Shown piece after piece: positions 46,178 to 56,183 of a stretch of 64,000 bases of DNA. The position numbers and the translations under genes are program-made. The notes below the pieces were generated by a model. The model did no database searches, had not been told where the DNA came from, and worked only from the letters and a program-made list of their open reading frames with translations. This stretch comes from Ignavibacteria bacterium (GTDB lineage: Bacteria; Bacteroidota; Ignavibacteria; Tepidaquicellales; Tepidaquicellaceae): the NCBI GenBank assembly GCA_049293015.1, contig JBATSB010000010.1, positions 2,117 to 66,116 of the forward strand, given 5' to 3'. The stretch's first letter is position 1. Every line of letters starts with the position of its first letter.

Positions 46178-47668
46178 TCACTTTCGTTTTCCAAACAACA
46201 TTGTAATATTTGCAACTATAAATGTTATCACCACTCCAAAGAATGTGAACCATGTAAGAGTTATAGCCGGCATCACTCCAAACTTAGGCAGTACGAACAG
46301 CAACGATAGAATTACAATTGCAAAAGTATATGAAATGACAGCATCCTTAAGTTGAGCTTTCTCACTCATTATACCAAGCAGAAATACTCCGAGAAGTCCG
46401 CCATAGATAAGCGACTGAATTTTTAATGCAAAGTCAACTGCAGGATTCGTCTCACTTTGAAATAAAAGTCCTGTTCCCATTATCACAATCGCCCAGAAGA
46501 TAGTCGCAAGTTTTGAATACTTAAGTTCATCCTTTTCATTTTTTATGAAATTCTTTCCTTTAAACAGATCAAGTATTGTAGTTGATGCGAGAGAGTTAAA
46601 TGTCGATGACAAAGTTGACATAGAAGCAGAAAGAAGTCCTGCAACAACTATCCCTGCCAGTCCTACAGGCAGACTCTGAACAATGAACATCGGAAATATC
46701 TCATCAGACTTTGTCAGATTCTGTCCGTTCATAACAAGATTTTTAAAATCGACACCTTCATATAATGCAAAAAGCATTAAGCCTACAACTAAAAATATTG
46801 CAAACTGAACTGTCACAATCACTCCGCTCATAATCACTGCTTTCTGTGAAGATCTTTTATCTTTACATGTCAGTAATCTCTGCACTATCATCTGATCTGT
46901 GCCGTGTGAAGCCATTGCCAAAAATGCACCGCCGACAAGTCCTCCGATCAATCCATATCCTCCTGTGAAAAATGATGTGAAACTATCTGACATCTTCAGA
47001 TTGAATATTTGAAACTTATCTCCCGGATTTGCAAATGCAGTGACATCATCCCATCCGTTCGGTAATAAGTTATAGATTACCACCATTGATGCTACTGCTC
47101 CGAATGTATAAACAAACATTTGTATCACATCTGTCCATATCACAGCTTTGATCCCGCCGATGTACGAATAAATCACTGTGATCACTCCGACAATAAGTAT
47201 ACATTCAAAATAACCAAGACCTGTTATAAATTTAATTGGAATAGCTGTTGTAAAAAGTCTGACTCCGTCTGCAAAAATTCTAAGCAATATAAAAGTAACT
47301 GATGCATATTTTCTCATCGGCTCGCCGAATCTGTTTCCGAGGAACTGATACGCCGTCTCCATATTTCCTGAATAATATCTTGGAATGAAAACCATTGCCA
47401 CAACAATTCTGCCGATAAGAAATCCAATGGAAAGCTGCAGGAAATTCATATTGGAAATATATGCAAGCCCCGGAATGCTGATGAAAGTCAGCGTGCTCGT
47501 TTCAGTTGCAACCACAGAGAAACATGCAGCCCACCATGGGATATTACGCGAACCTAGGAAGTAGTCTTTTACAGAAGTCTGCTTACCCGAAGTAATGATC
47601 CCGAATATTGCAACGGCAATTAAATAAACTATTACGATCGTATAATCGACTGGAGAAAAATTTATCAA
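46178..47668 (-). CDS. Sodium:solute symporter family (SSF) transporter
   Basis: 496 aa with about 13 TM segments. The N-terminal DYFLGSRNIPWW and IGGIKAVIWTD regions are typical of SSF. TTG start. Confidence 0.75.
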   Translation of the reverse strand: MINFSPVDYTIVIVYLIAVAIFGIITSGKQTSVKDYFLGSRNIPWWAACFSVVATETSTLTFISIPGLAYISNMNFLQLSIGFLIGRIVVAMVFIPRYYSGNMETAYQFLGNRFGEPMRKYASVTFILLRIFADGVRLFTTAIPIKFITGLGYFECILIVGVITVIYSYIGGIKAVIWTDVIQMFVYTFGAVASMVVIYNLLPNGWDDVTAFANPGDKFQIFNLKMSDSFTSFFTGGYGLIGGLVGGAFLAMASHGTDQMIVQRLLTCKDKRSSQKAVIMSGVIVTVQFAIFLVVGLMLFALYEGVDFKNLVMNGQNLTKSDEIFPMFIVQSLPVGLAGIVVAGLLSASMSTLSSTFNSLASTTILDLFKGKNFIKNEKDELKYSKLATIFWAIVIMGTGLLFQSETNPAVDFALKIQSLIYGGLLGVFLLGIMSEKAQLKDAVISYTFAIVILSLLFVLPKFGVMPAITLTWFTFFGVVITFIVANITMLFGKRK

Positions 47669-47752
47669 GGAATTTTAATTATATTTATATCTAAAATTAT
47701 TTTAGTAATTACTTTATGAAATAAGTAAATATTTATTCAATTTCGATTTCGT

Positions 47753-47834
47753 TCCCGCAGAGTCTCGTGCTCTTCGGACTCTGCGGATATTGAGTTGAAA
47801 ATTTCTTGCTCATTCCCAAACTCCAGTTTGGTAA
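47753..47834. repeat. Mosaic of two hairpin repeats: TCCCGCAGAGTC-loop-GACTCTGCGGA, then TTCCCAAAC-TCCA-GTTTGGTAA
   Basis: Read directly. The first hairpin type recurs at 50001-50035 and 58928-58961. The second recurs at 7825-7848 and 58042-58062. Confidence 0.8.
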
Positions 47835-47881
47835 CGCAATTAAAATTAAAAATTAGTTTCAAACTCATCATTAGGACTGTC

Positions 47882-48730
47882 TTATTCAATTTCTATCTTC
47901 TCTTTTAAAAAATATCCTCTTTCATTCTTACCTATCATAGCGCAAATATTATGCGGATCATGTTCAAAAAATATCATCATATCATTCTCAGCTATATCCT
48001 TGAGATATTTATGTTTCTCTTCAAGCGTCGTCAATGGAAACAGATCATATCCCATTATATAAGGAGCGGGAATGTGACCGGCAGTGGGTATAAGATCTGC
48101 AAGATAAAGCAAAGTATTTACATCATCAGAAATTTTGATCATCTGCATGTGACTGGTATGTCCGTTCACAGGGAGCAGCGAAATGAATTCGTCAAACTTT
48201 TCTTCACCGTCAGTCAGTTTCAGAACTTTAGCTTTCTCTAATGGTTTGTAATTTTCCGGAAAAAAACTTGCTCGGTCTCTTTCTGACGGATTCAATGCCC
48301 ATTCATACTGTTTCTTTTGCACATGATAAATTGCATTCGGAAAAGAAGGGACAGGCTCATTGTTTTCATTATATTCTGTATTTCCTCCCGCATGATCGAA
48401 ATGTAAGTGTGTAAGTATTACATCCGTGATATCACTTTTATTCAGACCGAGATCTGCAAGACTTTTTTCTAAAGTATATTCTGTATAATCAACATCATAT
48501 ATCTTGTTTACTTTTTCTGACAACTTATATCCGATACCTGTATCAACTAGAATTTTTTTCTTACCGTTGTCCAGAAGTAAAGCTCTCGTACACATGTCTA
48601 TCCTGTTTTGTTCATCTGCCGGATTAGTTTTCTGCCAGAGATTCTTTGGCACAACTCCAAACATTGCTCCCCCGTCTAATTTAAAAAGTCCTGTCTGCAC
48701 AGGATGTATAGTATAATCCCCTATTTTCAT
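47882..48730 (-). CDS. MBL-fold metallo-hydrolase
   Basis: 282 aa with the LTHLHFDHAGG (HxHxDH) motif. Confidence 0.8.
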   Translation of the reverse strand: MKIGDYTIHPVQTGLFKLDGGAMFGVVPKNLWQKTNPADEQNRIDMCTRALLLDNGKKKILVDTGIGYKLSEKVNKIYDVDYTEYTLEKSLADLGLNKSDITDVILTHLHFDHAGGNTEYNENNEPVPSFPNAIYHVQKKQYEWALNPSERDRASFFPENYKPLEKAKVLKLTDGEEKFDEFISLLPVNGHTSHMQMIKISDDVNTLLYLADLIPTAGHIPAPYIMGYDLFPLTTLEEKHKYLKDIAENDMMIFFEHDPHNICAMIGKNERGYFLKEKIEIE

Positions 48731-48864
48731 TTTTAAAATTAATTTCTGTCAAAATTTAAGTCATAATAAAGATTATGATTTTAATTTTATATGTAAAATA
48801 AAATTGAATTTAATCTTAAGTATAATGTATTTAACTTAACCGAAAAATTAATAGAAATATACCA

Positions 48865-49935
48865 ATGAAAATTATTATAAATTTATTTATTCTGCTTCTA
48901 GTAAGTACCGGTCTGTATTCACAAAACGCATCGACTTACTTTCCGGCAAATACCGGTTATAAATGGTTTTATAAAAATACTCCTCTCGACTCTTTAAGTA
49001 ATCCAAATTATAACTTATCGACATATCAGGTCGATTCATTCGCAACCAATGTGAATTATAACGGACTGCCTGCATCACTGGTTTTATCACAATCGGGTCT
49101 GACAAATATTAATCAACAGGGATTGTTTACAGATTCAGTTTTTTATAATTTTCAGTCAACCAATGGTTTCTATTTTCTTAATCCTTTAAGTTTTATTAAT
49201 TCTATTCCTGTTTTTGATTCAGTTGCGTTTATTCAGTTTCTCAGATCGTTTGAAGGATGGTATAGTTATTACAGATTTGCGCAGACTGTAAATGTTCCTT
49301 ATACACTTTTCTCAAGAGATACAACTGTAACATTTGATTCTCTTACACTTCCGCTCAGAGTTTCTGCTACAGGAAGGAGACTTAATGATCAGACTATTTC
49401 AACTGTCAACGGAAATTATAATTGCAAAAAGTTTTTAATCACTTTTGGAATTAGTTATGGACTTCTTCCACCGCTTATTTATATTCCGATTGTCAGCATA
49501 CCCGATACAGTTTATATTGCTCAAAATGTCTGGATTGTAAAAGATATCATTCCATCTATTAGTGTTGATTTAAATACAATTGGGATTGATCTGGCATTTA
49601 CTATTCCGGGCAGTTTAAAAGAGCTTACTCAAAATACTATAGGTATATCCGGTCAAAATATTTTTAATCCGGAAAGTTTTTCTCTTGGTCAGAATTATCC
49701 AAATCCCTTTAATCCAAACACAGTTATCAATTACAATATTGTTAAATCAGATTTTATTTCTCTGAAAGTTTTTGACATACTCGGTAATGAAGTTGCTGTT
49801 CTTGTAAATGAAAAACAAAATGCGGGAAGTTATTCAGTGGAATTTGATGGAGCAAGTCTGCCTAGCGGGGTTTATTATTACAGACTCAGTTCAGGTGATT
49901 TTAATGATGTGAAAATGATGACGCTGATAAAATAA
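48865..49935 (+). CDS. T9SS-secreted protein of unknown function
   Basis: 356 aa with a signal peptide. The C-terminus reads LGQNYPNPFNPNTVINY...GVYYYRL...KMMTLIK. Confidence 0.75.
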   Translation: MKIIINLFILLLVSTGLYSQNASTYFPANTGYKWFYKNTPLDSLSNPNYNLSTYQVDSFATNVNYNGLPASLVLSQSGLTNINQQGLFTDSVFYNFQSTNGFYFLNPLSFINSIPVFDSVAFIQFLRSFEGWYSYYRFAQTVNVPYTLFSRDTTVTFDSLTLPLRVSATGRRLNDQTISTVNGNYNCKKFLITFGISYGLLPPLIYIPIVSIPDTVYIAQNVWIVKDIIPSISVDLNTIGIDLAFTIPGSLKELTQNTIGISGQNIFNPESFSLGQNYPNPFNPNTVINYNIVKSDFISLKVFDILGNEVAVLVNEKQNAGSYSVEFDGASLPSGVYYYRLSSGDFNDVKMMTLIK

Positions 49936-50000
49936 TTTCAAATTTCAAATATTAAATTTTAAATACAAAATAAAATCTAGGAATTAAAAATTTTATTTGT

Positions 50001-50110
50001 TCCCGCAGAGTCTCGTGTTCTTCGGACTCTGCGGAATTTGAATTAAATTTTAATTTTCAAAAATGCTTGCACCACACTTTGTCATTCCCGCGTGTTTTTA
50101 GCGGGAATCC
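50001..50110. repeat. Mosaic of two hairpin repeats: TCCCGCAGAGTC-loop-GACTCTGCGGA (50001-50035) and GTCATTCCCGC-loop-GCGGGAATCC (50081-50110)
   Basis: Read directly. The second type recurs as an inverted pair at 62791-62820 and 62974-63002. Confidence 0.8.
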
Positions 50111-50157
50111 ATTCATGTTAAATTATGCTTATCTCTAAATAGAAATTATTTTAAAAA

Positions 50158-51003
50158 ATGAAATTCGGTAAAAAAATTACGATATTCTTAATAGACGGAG
50201 ATCCGAATGGTCGCTTAACTTGTGAACTTTCAAATTGGTCAGGTAAAGCTTATAAAATTCCGAGGATAAATATTAAAGACTGTACTGACAGAGATGACTT
50301 GAAAAGTACAGGAGTCTATTTGCTTTTCGGAAAAGACGATGACGGTAAAGATCAGGTTTATATCGGTGAAGCAGAATCAATTTTAAAACGACTAAATCAA
50401 CAATTGACTCAGAAAGAATTTTGGAAGGAAGCTATAGTATTCATTAGTAAAGATGAAAACCTAAATAAAGCTCATATTAAATATTTAGAAAATAGACTAC
50501 ACGAAATTGCTAAATCCGCAAATCGATATAAACTTGATAATTCAATAATTCCTACTCAGTCTTTAATTTCTGAATCTGACAGAGCAGAAATGGAGGAATT
50601 TATAGAGTATATAAAAATGCTCGTAAATACTTTAGGACATAAAGTGTTTGATGAAAAAAGAGAAGTTAAACCAAAACAAAAGCAAGATACGTTTTTCATA
50701 AAATCCGCTCGTGGAGCAGAGGGTCAAGGTGAACCGACTTCGGAAGGATTTGTTGTTTTTAAAGGGTCAAAAGCAGCGGCTACTATAGTAAATTCAATGA
50801 CTCCTAATTTTATTAGTTTAAGACAAAAATTAATTAATGAAGAAGTTCTTTTAGATAAAAGCGAATACTTGGAGTTTTCAGACGACTACATATTCAGTAG
50901 TCCATCAACAGCTGCAGCAATTGTTATGGGACGAAACGCAAACGGACTTACAGAATGGAAAAACAAAAATAGAAAAACTTTAAAGGAATATGAAGTGAAT
51001 TAA
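50158..51003 (+). CDS. GIY-YIG nuclease-family protein with C-terminal DUF4357 domain
   Basis: 281 aa. GVYLLFGKDDDGKDQVYIGEAESILKRL is GIY-YIG-like. The C-terminal FSSPSTAAAIVMGRNANGLTEWK fits the DUF4357 pattern. Confidence 0.65.
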   Translation: MKFGKKITIFLIDGDPNGRLTCELSNWSGKAYKIPRINIKDCTDRDDLKSTGVYLLFGKDDDGKDQVYIGEAESILKRLNQQLTQKEFWKEAIVFISKDENLNKAHIKYLENRLHEIAKSANRYKLDNSIIPTQSLISESDRAEMEEFIEYIKMLVNTLGHKVFDEKREVKPKQKQDTFFIKSARGAEGQGEPTSEGFVVFKGSKAAATIVNSMTPNFISLRQKLINEEVLLDKSEYLEFSDDYIFSSPSTAAAIVMGRNANGLTEWKNKNRKTLKEYEVN

Positions 51004-51058
51004 ACCCTAGTATAAATTTTTCGATCAAAAGTTTTTTATCCAATTTAAAATTTATAAT

Positions 51059-52327
51059 TTAAAATTGAACAATCCCTTTTTCTGTAGTTAGTACTTTTAA
51101 TTCCTGTTGCTCGATCTTCCCACTTTGATTATCCGCCGTCCATTTCTCTTCAATGATCTTCTGATCCTTTATATCATAATATTCTATCCGTAATTCATTT
51201 CCTTTGAAATTCAAAATCGTAAATCCATTATAACCAATATCGATATTTTTTATCTTAGTATAAATTCTTTCATCATATAAAATTAGATTCCTTTTTTTAT
51301 CCATCTCAGGCAGAACTTTATGTTTAAATTCGATCGGCATCCCACCGTTCCCTATACATCTTCCATAAGCAGGTATCCCTTTTTCAGATGCATACTTCCC
51401 AAAGAAAGTCAGCCGATGCTCATGTCCCCAGATCCACAGTACAGGTCTTTCTCTGCCAATTAGCTTTGCAAGTTGCTCAGCAGGTTTTACATATTCATCT
51501 TCTTTCTCAAATGCCGTGCAATACTGATGATGAGTCATGAAAATTAATCCCCTCTTGTCTTCATCTATTCTTAGTTCTTCTTTGAGCCACTTTAAAATTT
51601 CCTTTCTGAATTCGCATTTAGGTTTGAAAATATATTCTAGCAACGGAATGCCAACTGAGTTATAACCTGTATCAAGTGAGACTATTCTCCAATGATCATT
51701 CTCCATACAAAAGTAACTTGCCTTCTGTCCGGTATATTTATTTTTACTTTTATCATAAATTCCCATACTCGGCAGCAGATCTCTGAAATAAGAAATTCCT
51801 CTAGAATACATTTCATGATTTCCCATCATAGCAAAACTGCCTGATGAACCTCTGTGCCATGAACAGTTATTATCAAGAAAATTCACTTTCATCTCTTCCT
51901 TCATTCCGACAAAGTAAGTGTCACCCATATGTATTGTATAATCAGGATCCTTATCTTCAATAAGGTCTCCGATAATGTCAGACTCCGCCGTATCTGTTGC
52001 CCAGTCAGCAGCAAGTGTAACTGTAATTTCATCTTTACCGTCATTACTCGATTTTTCCATTTTATAAATTCCTTTGTCACTCTCAAGTTCATATGACTGA
52101 AATTTATGACGCAGACCAAATCGGCTTTTTATATAATGAAATATCCAACTGAAAAATTTTGATTCGAAAAAATCTGCAACTTTGTTTAATGCAACATTCT
52201 TAGGTCTGTCCTTTTTGATTACTTCCTTAGTAGTTTCTGTTTTATAATGATTTTCAGCTTCACTTCTTGAAAGATCTATATAATCTTCTTTTTCCCTTTT
52301 TATGATTTCAATTTTCTTATCATCCAT
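51059..52327 (-). CDS. Calcineurin-like metallophosphoesterase with ~95-aa N-terminal extension
   Basis: 422 aa with LAADWATDT, HMGDTYFVG, GNHEMY, THHQ and WGHEHR metal-ligand motifs. Confidence 0.7.
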   Translation of the reverse strand: MDDKKIEIIKREKEDYIDLSRSEAENHYKTETTKEVIKKDRPKNVALNKVADFFESKFFSWIFHYIKSRFGLRHKFQSYELESDKGIYKMEKSSNDGKDEITVTLAADWATDTAESDIIGDLIEDKDPDYTIHMGDTYFVGMKEEMKVNFLDNNCSWHRGSSGSFAMMGNHEMYSRGISYFRDLLPSMGIYDKSKNKYTGQKASYFCMENDHWRIVSLDTGYNSVGIPLLEYIFKPKCEFRKEILKWLKEELRIDEDKRGLIFMTHHQYCTAFEKEDEYVKPAEQLAKLIGRERPVLWIWGHEHRLTFFGKYASEKGIPAYGRCIGNGGMPIEFKHKVLPEMDKKRNLILYDERIYTKIKNIDIGYNGFTILNFKGNELRIEYYDIKDQKIIEEKWTADNQSGKIEQQELKVLTTEKGIVQF

Positions 52328-52356
52328 TTTTTTATCAGTAATTATATTCAGGTAAT

Positions 52357-55300
52357 TTAAATTTTCAGAACTTTTTCAGAAGCCATTGAACTCAATGCCA
52401 TTATTGTCCACTGTGGATTGACTCTCATACTTTCAGGAAAGACTGACGCATCTGCTGCAAAAACATTTTCAAATCCTTCGAGACGGAAATTCTGATCAAG
52501 CACTCTTTTATTCCTGTGAACAGAATTATCTCCCGCCATTATATTTCCTCCTTGTGGATGTGCAGTTCCGATTAACAGATCACTTATTGTCAATGGATAT
52601 TCATTAAATATTTTCTCAAACTTGTCCAGATTTGAAATATTAAGTTCGATCTCAATGCCCGGTTTCATTGGTAAAATTGCTTTTTTAGCTCCAGCATAAA
52701 ATCCGAGTTTTAAAATTGTATTAAATGCATACTGAATATTTTTTCGGTCTTCATTTCCAAGTTCCCAGATAAATGGCTGCCCGTTTAATAGATCAGCTTT
52801 TGTCTGAATTTCACCATTCGGTTCAGAGCCGACGAGTGCTCCGAAATTTGCAGACCTGTTATAATTTTTCATCATTTCATCTCTTCTGCCAAAATAAAAT
52901 GGAACTGACGATAATGCAAATGAAGCAGGCGGATTAAAATATGTTTCAAATACTGCGCGGTTCTTTTCATCCAAAGCTCCAAGCGTGATCTGATTCCCGT
53001 CGAAAGCATTTAATATATCATCGAATTGAAATGTCACAGGAAATGCAAAATTGCAGCTCATCCTTTTTCCTACATTTCCTGTAATTCCGCTTCTCATAAA
53101 GAAATGACTGCTGGCAATGACTCCACTTGCTGCTATCACAGCTTTATTTACTTTTACTTTTTTGATTTCACCATCCTCTGTTCTGACAATTACTCCGTCA
53201 GCTCTTTTTCCTGAATGAGTAAATTTCAATGCAGTCAGATTTGACAATACCTTTACTCCTTTTGCTTCGCACCAGGGAATGTAAGTTTCGAGCATTGTTC
53301 TTTTCGTCTGTCTCTTATTCCCCAGATTCCAGTTCTCATCACCGATCAGATTTCTGTGATTTGCTTTTAGCGGATAAATTGTCTTTAGCTTTTCATCAGA
53401 ATTTTCATTAAATCCTTTTACACCATCTTTAAATTTTGCTGACACATTTTTATTGATTCCTTTTTCATCAAGTTCCTGAATGTTTATTTCTTTCGCAATC
53501 CTTTCATACTCATCACTCAAATTACTTAGGTCAATATCATATTCATTCTGCCATCTGTTTTTTATTTCATTATCCATTTCAATACAGATTGCATTATTAA
53601 CAACTGTCGTCCCGCCGAGACATTCTCCCTGTAATACTGACATTGTAAATTTCTTAGTCTGTTGTAACCCGCCTTCCTTATAAAGCTTTCTCATCATTTC
53701 CATTTCATTATCGCTGAAGTCCTGAAGCGGCTGATATCGATTGCCTCGTTCGATAAGTAAAATCTTTGACGGATCGGAAATCTGCTGTGCTAACCGGTAA
53801 GCCATTACTGCTCCGCCTGCCCCTGAACCAATTATCACATAATCTGCTTCATCAGGAATTTCCTTCTCCTCCACCGATGTAAGTATCCGGGGTGCCACAA
53901 ATTTCTTATCAGATTCATCAGTTGGCTTACGGAAATTATTTTCATCTGCAGGATTTTCAGGAAGCGGAAAAATATTTTCATACGGTGCATCATCTGTAGG
54001 GATTTCCTTTTGCATTCTGTCCCTTGCATAAAAAGGAACATAGCCGACTCTCTTTCTTACATTAATGTCAGAATAATTTGCAAACATTATCATAGCATTT
54101 GCAGCAAGACCGATCTGAAATCCCATGTCAGCAAACATTGGTACAAAAGATTTCGAACATTCAGCAGGATCTCTGTACATATATTTTTTCAGAAACCATC
54201 TCTGCTCTTCCCTGCTCATAACTGATAAACCCGGATGCAACCCAAATATCAGATTAAAAAAATTCTCAATGAGCCAGAATGGAAAATTAAGCAATCCTCT
54301 TTTTCGACCGCTAATACCGCTGATATAATTATCTATAGATTTAAGTATACCTGCATTTTTTCTTTTATCCATTTTTTTTTCATCACCATTTTCCTTTCCA
54401 TCGTCCGCTACTTTATCCATTCCAAAAAAAGCTTCTGCAAGTGCTATCACATTCTTTGCACTGGAAGGATTCAGTGATGATACCATAAAGTCCACATCGT
54501 ATGATAATTTTCTTACTGCTGTGAGGAAAATAAATATGAGTGAACTAAACATTACAAACATCATAAAATACCAGTCAGGGCTTACTGAACTGCCACCTCT
54601 TGTCATTATTGTAAGATCATTTAAATATTCCATTACAAAATAAATAATGATCGCAGCTATTGATCCTACAAAAAATGGAAATAAAAGAATGCCGTATAAA
54701 TACTTTCTTAAAACTAAACTCTTTGCTAATATAAATGCGAGAAATGATATTGTAAAATATAATGTGAGTGTATTACCTAATGAAGGATCGGGATAGCCAT
54801 AAACTGCTCCCAGCCCGCTGTTGCCGTCTGTAAATAATCTGAAATATAATGCTAGTAATACCATTCCAAAAGATACCACTGAAACAATATACAAACTAAT
54901 TTTCATTACCTGTGATGGGACTGAAAAATTTTTTGGGAAATCTCTCTCATCTCTGATCCAGAAACTTTCTGATCTGCACTGAAAAAGAATTATAAAAAAG
55001 AGTACAATCATTACTCCGTCCACTATTGCCGATGTCAAAAGGAAATCAGTAATCTGTGGAACGTTCACAGCAAATAAATAAAAACCGAGTGAGCTGACTG
55101 TCGAAACTGCATGACCGACTATCAATCCCCAGCAGCAGTAATATCTTGCCTTTCGGTTGTAAGCTCCGATAAATGTAAACAATATCATGATCCCTATTTT
55201 TGAAAATGTATTTACAGCAAGTGCGGGATTTACATAAGTCATGGAAATGAGATTTCCAATCTGCTCCGGCCATGGTGTATGTCCGAGCATTCCGATGATA

Positions 55301-55926
55301 AGAATAAATAAATATGCAATGTAAGCAAACCCAAGTATTCTCAATACATAAAATCCAAAATCACGTTTTGGCTTTTCAATAATTTCTTTTGACCATTCTT
55401 CATTAAATAGTTTAACTCTTTCATCATATTCTGCCTTTACTGATTCTCTTTTTCCGTAAATTATTTTTGCAATTAACCTGCTGATCCAGATACACAAAGG
55501 TCCTGCAATCAACGCATCAAAAGAAAGTGTCATCAGAAATCTTAATGGAAGTATCTTTACATCATCTATAAATGTACCGGGCAGATATGTCCACATTGAT
55601 TCTTCACCAAGATCTCTGACGTTTGCCTGAAGATATATATCAAAAATAAAAAGCGGAATAAAAACTATAAGCATTAAGATTAGTGAACTCGACTTACGGA
55701 AAAACATGATAAGCGGAGCAAAGATCAGTCCAAATATAATTACTTCCATTACTTCTACACCAAAGCTCTGAAACTCCAGTAACTGAAATACATCTGTAAT
55801 GCAGTAAACTAAAATTGCAGTTATCACCGATGTAACAAGAATATTTATGATATAACCTGCTGCAACCGGAGCTTTGTCTAGCGGGTCAGGTTTATAATAT
55901 CCTTTGAAGTTAAAAATTGTTGGCAT
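52357..55926 (-). CDS. Fusion protein: ~470-aa polytopic membrane domain + linker domain + C-terminal GMC-family FAD oxidoreductase
   Basis: 1189 aa with at least 12 hydrophobic segments in residues 20-470. DYVIIGSGAGGAVMAYRLA Rossmann motif lies near residue 690. The GMC-type C-terminus reads GTAHPQGGN...VLD...FENVFAADASVFP. Confidence 0.7.
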   Translation of the reverse strand: MPTIFNFKGYYKPDPLDKAPVAAGYIINILVTSVITAILVYCITDVFQLLEFQSFGVEVMEVIIFGLIFAPLIMFFRKSSSLILMLIVFIPLFIFDIYLQANVRDLGEESMWTYLPGTFIDDVKILPLRFLMTLSFDALIAGPLCIWISRLIAKIIYGKRESVKAEYDERVKLFNEEWSKEIIEKPKRDFGFYVLRILGFAYIAYLFILIIGMLGHTPWPEQIGNLISMTYVNPALAVNTFSKIGIMILFTFIGAYNRKARYYCCWGLIVGHAVSTVSSLGFYLFAVNVPQITDFLLTSAIVDGVMIVLFFIILFQCRSESFWIRDERDFPKNFSVPSQVMKISLYIVSVVSFGMVLLALYFRLFTDGNSGLGAVYGYPDPSLGNTLTLYFTISFLAFILAKSLVLRKYLYGILLFPFFVGSIAAIIIYFVMEYLNDLTIMTRGGSSVSPDWYFMMFVMFSSLIFIFLTAVRKLSYDVDFMVSSLNPSSAKNVIALAEAFFGMDKVADDGKENGDEKKMDKRKNAGILKSIDNYISGISGRKRGLLNFPFWLIENFFNLIFGLHPGLSVMSREEQRWFLKKYMYRDPAECSKSFVPMFADMGFQIGLAANAMIMFANYSDINVRKRVGYVPFYARDRMQKEIPTDDAPYENIFPLPENPADENNFRKPTDESDKKFVAPRILTSVEEKEIPDEADYVIIGSGAGGAVMAYRLAQQISDPSKILLIERGNRYQPLQDFSDNEMEMMRKLYKEGGLQQTKKFTMSVLQGECLGGTTVVNNAICIEMDNEIKNRWQNEYDIDLSNLSDEYERIAKEINIQELDEKGINKNVSAKFKDGVKGFNENSDEKLKTIYPLKANHRNLIGDENWNLGNKRQTKRTMLETYIPWCEAKGVKVLSNLTALKFTHSGKRADGVIVRTEDGEIKKVKVNKAVIAASGVIASSHFFMRSGITGNVGKRMSCNFAFPVTFQFDDILNAFDGNQITLGALDEKNRAVFETYFNPPASFALSSVPFYFGRRDEMMKNYNRSANFGALVGSEPNGEIQTKADLLNGQPFIWELGNEDRKNIQYAFNTILKLGFYAGAKKAILPMKPGIEIELNISNLDKFEKIFNEYPLTISDLLIGTAHPQGGNIMAGDNSVHRNKRVLDQNFRLEGFENVFAADASVFPESMRVNPQWTIMALSSMASEKVLKI

Positions 55927-56000
55927 GATATAATCGAAATTTAGTTAATAACTTATGATACACAAACTATAAAGTTTACAACAAACCGAAAGATGCTCAT

Positions 56001-56163
56001 TTCCAAACTCTCAGACTGTCCAAAATTATTATAAATGATTGTAGCCGCAACCTTCAGGTTTTGATTTCAAATGAATTTCTTTTAAAATAAAAACAGTATT
56101 CATAATATTTATTATCTTTTCGGACAAACAGTTTGCTTCTTTGAGCCTTCGAGTCTTGGAGGC
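56001..56163. repeat. GCCTCYAAGRCTCAAAG-family element with a long spacer
   Basis: The left end TTCCAAACTCTCAGACTGTCCAAAA matches 3731-3756. The right end TTTTCGGACAAACAGTTTGCTTCTTTGAGCCTTCGAGTCTTGGAGGC is the reverse complement of the 3756-3813 type sequence. Confidence 0.7.
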
Positions 56164-56183
56164 AAACTTCTGCGGAAACTAAA

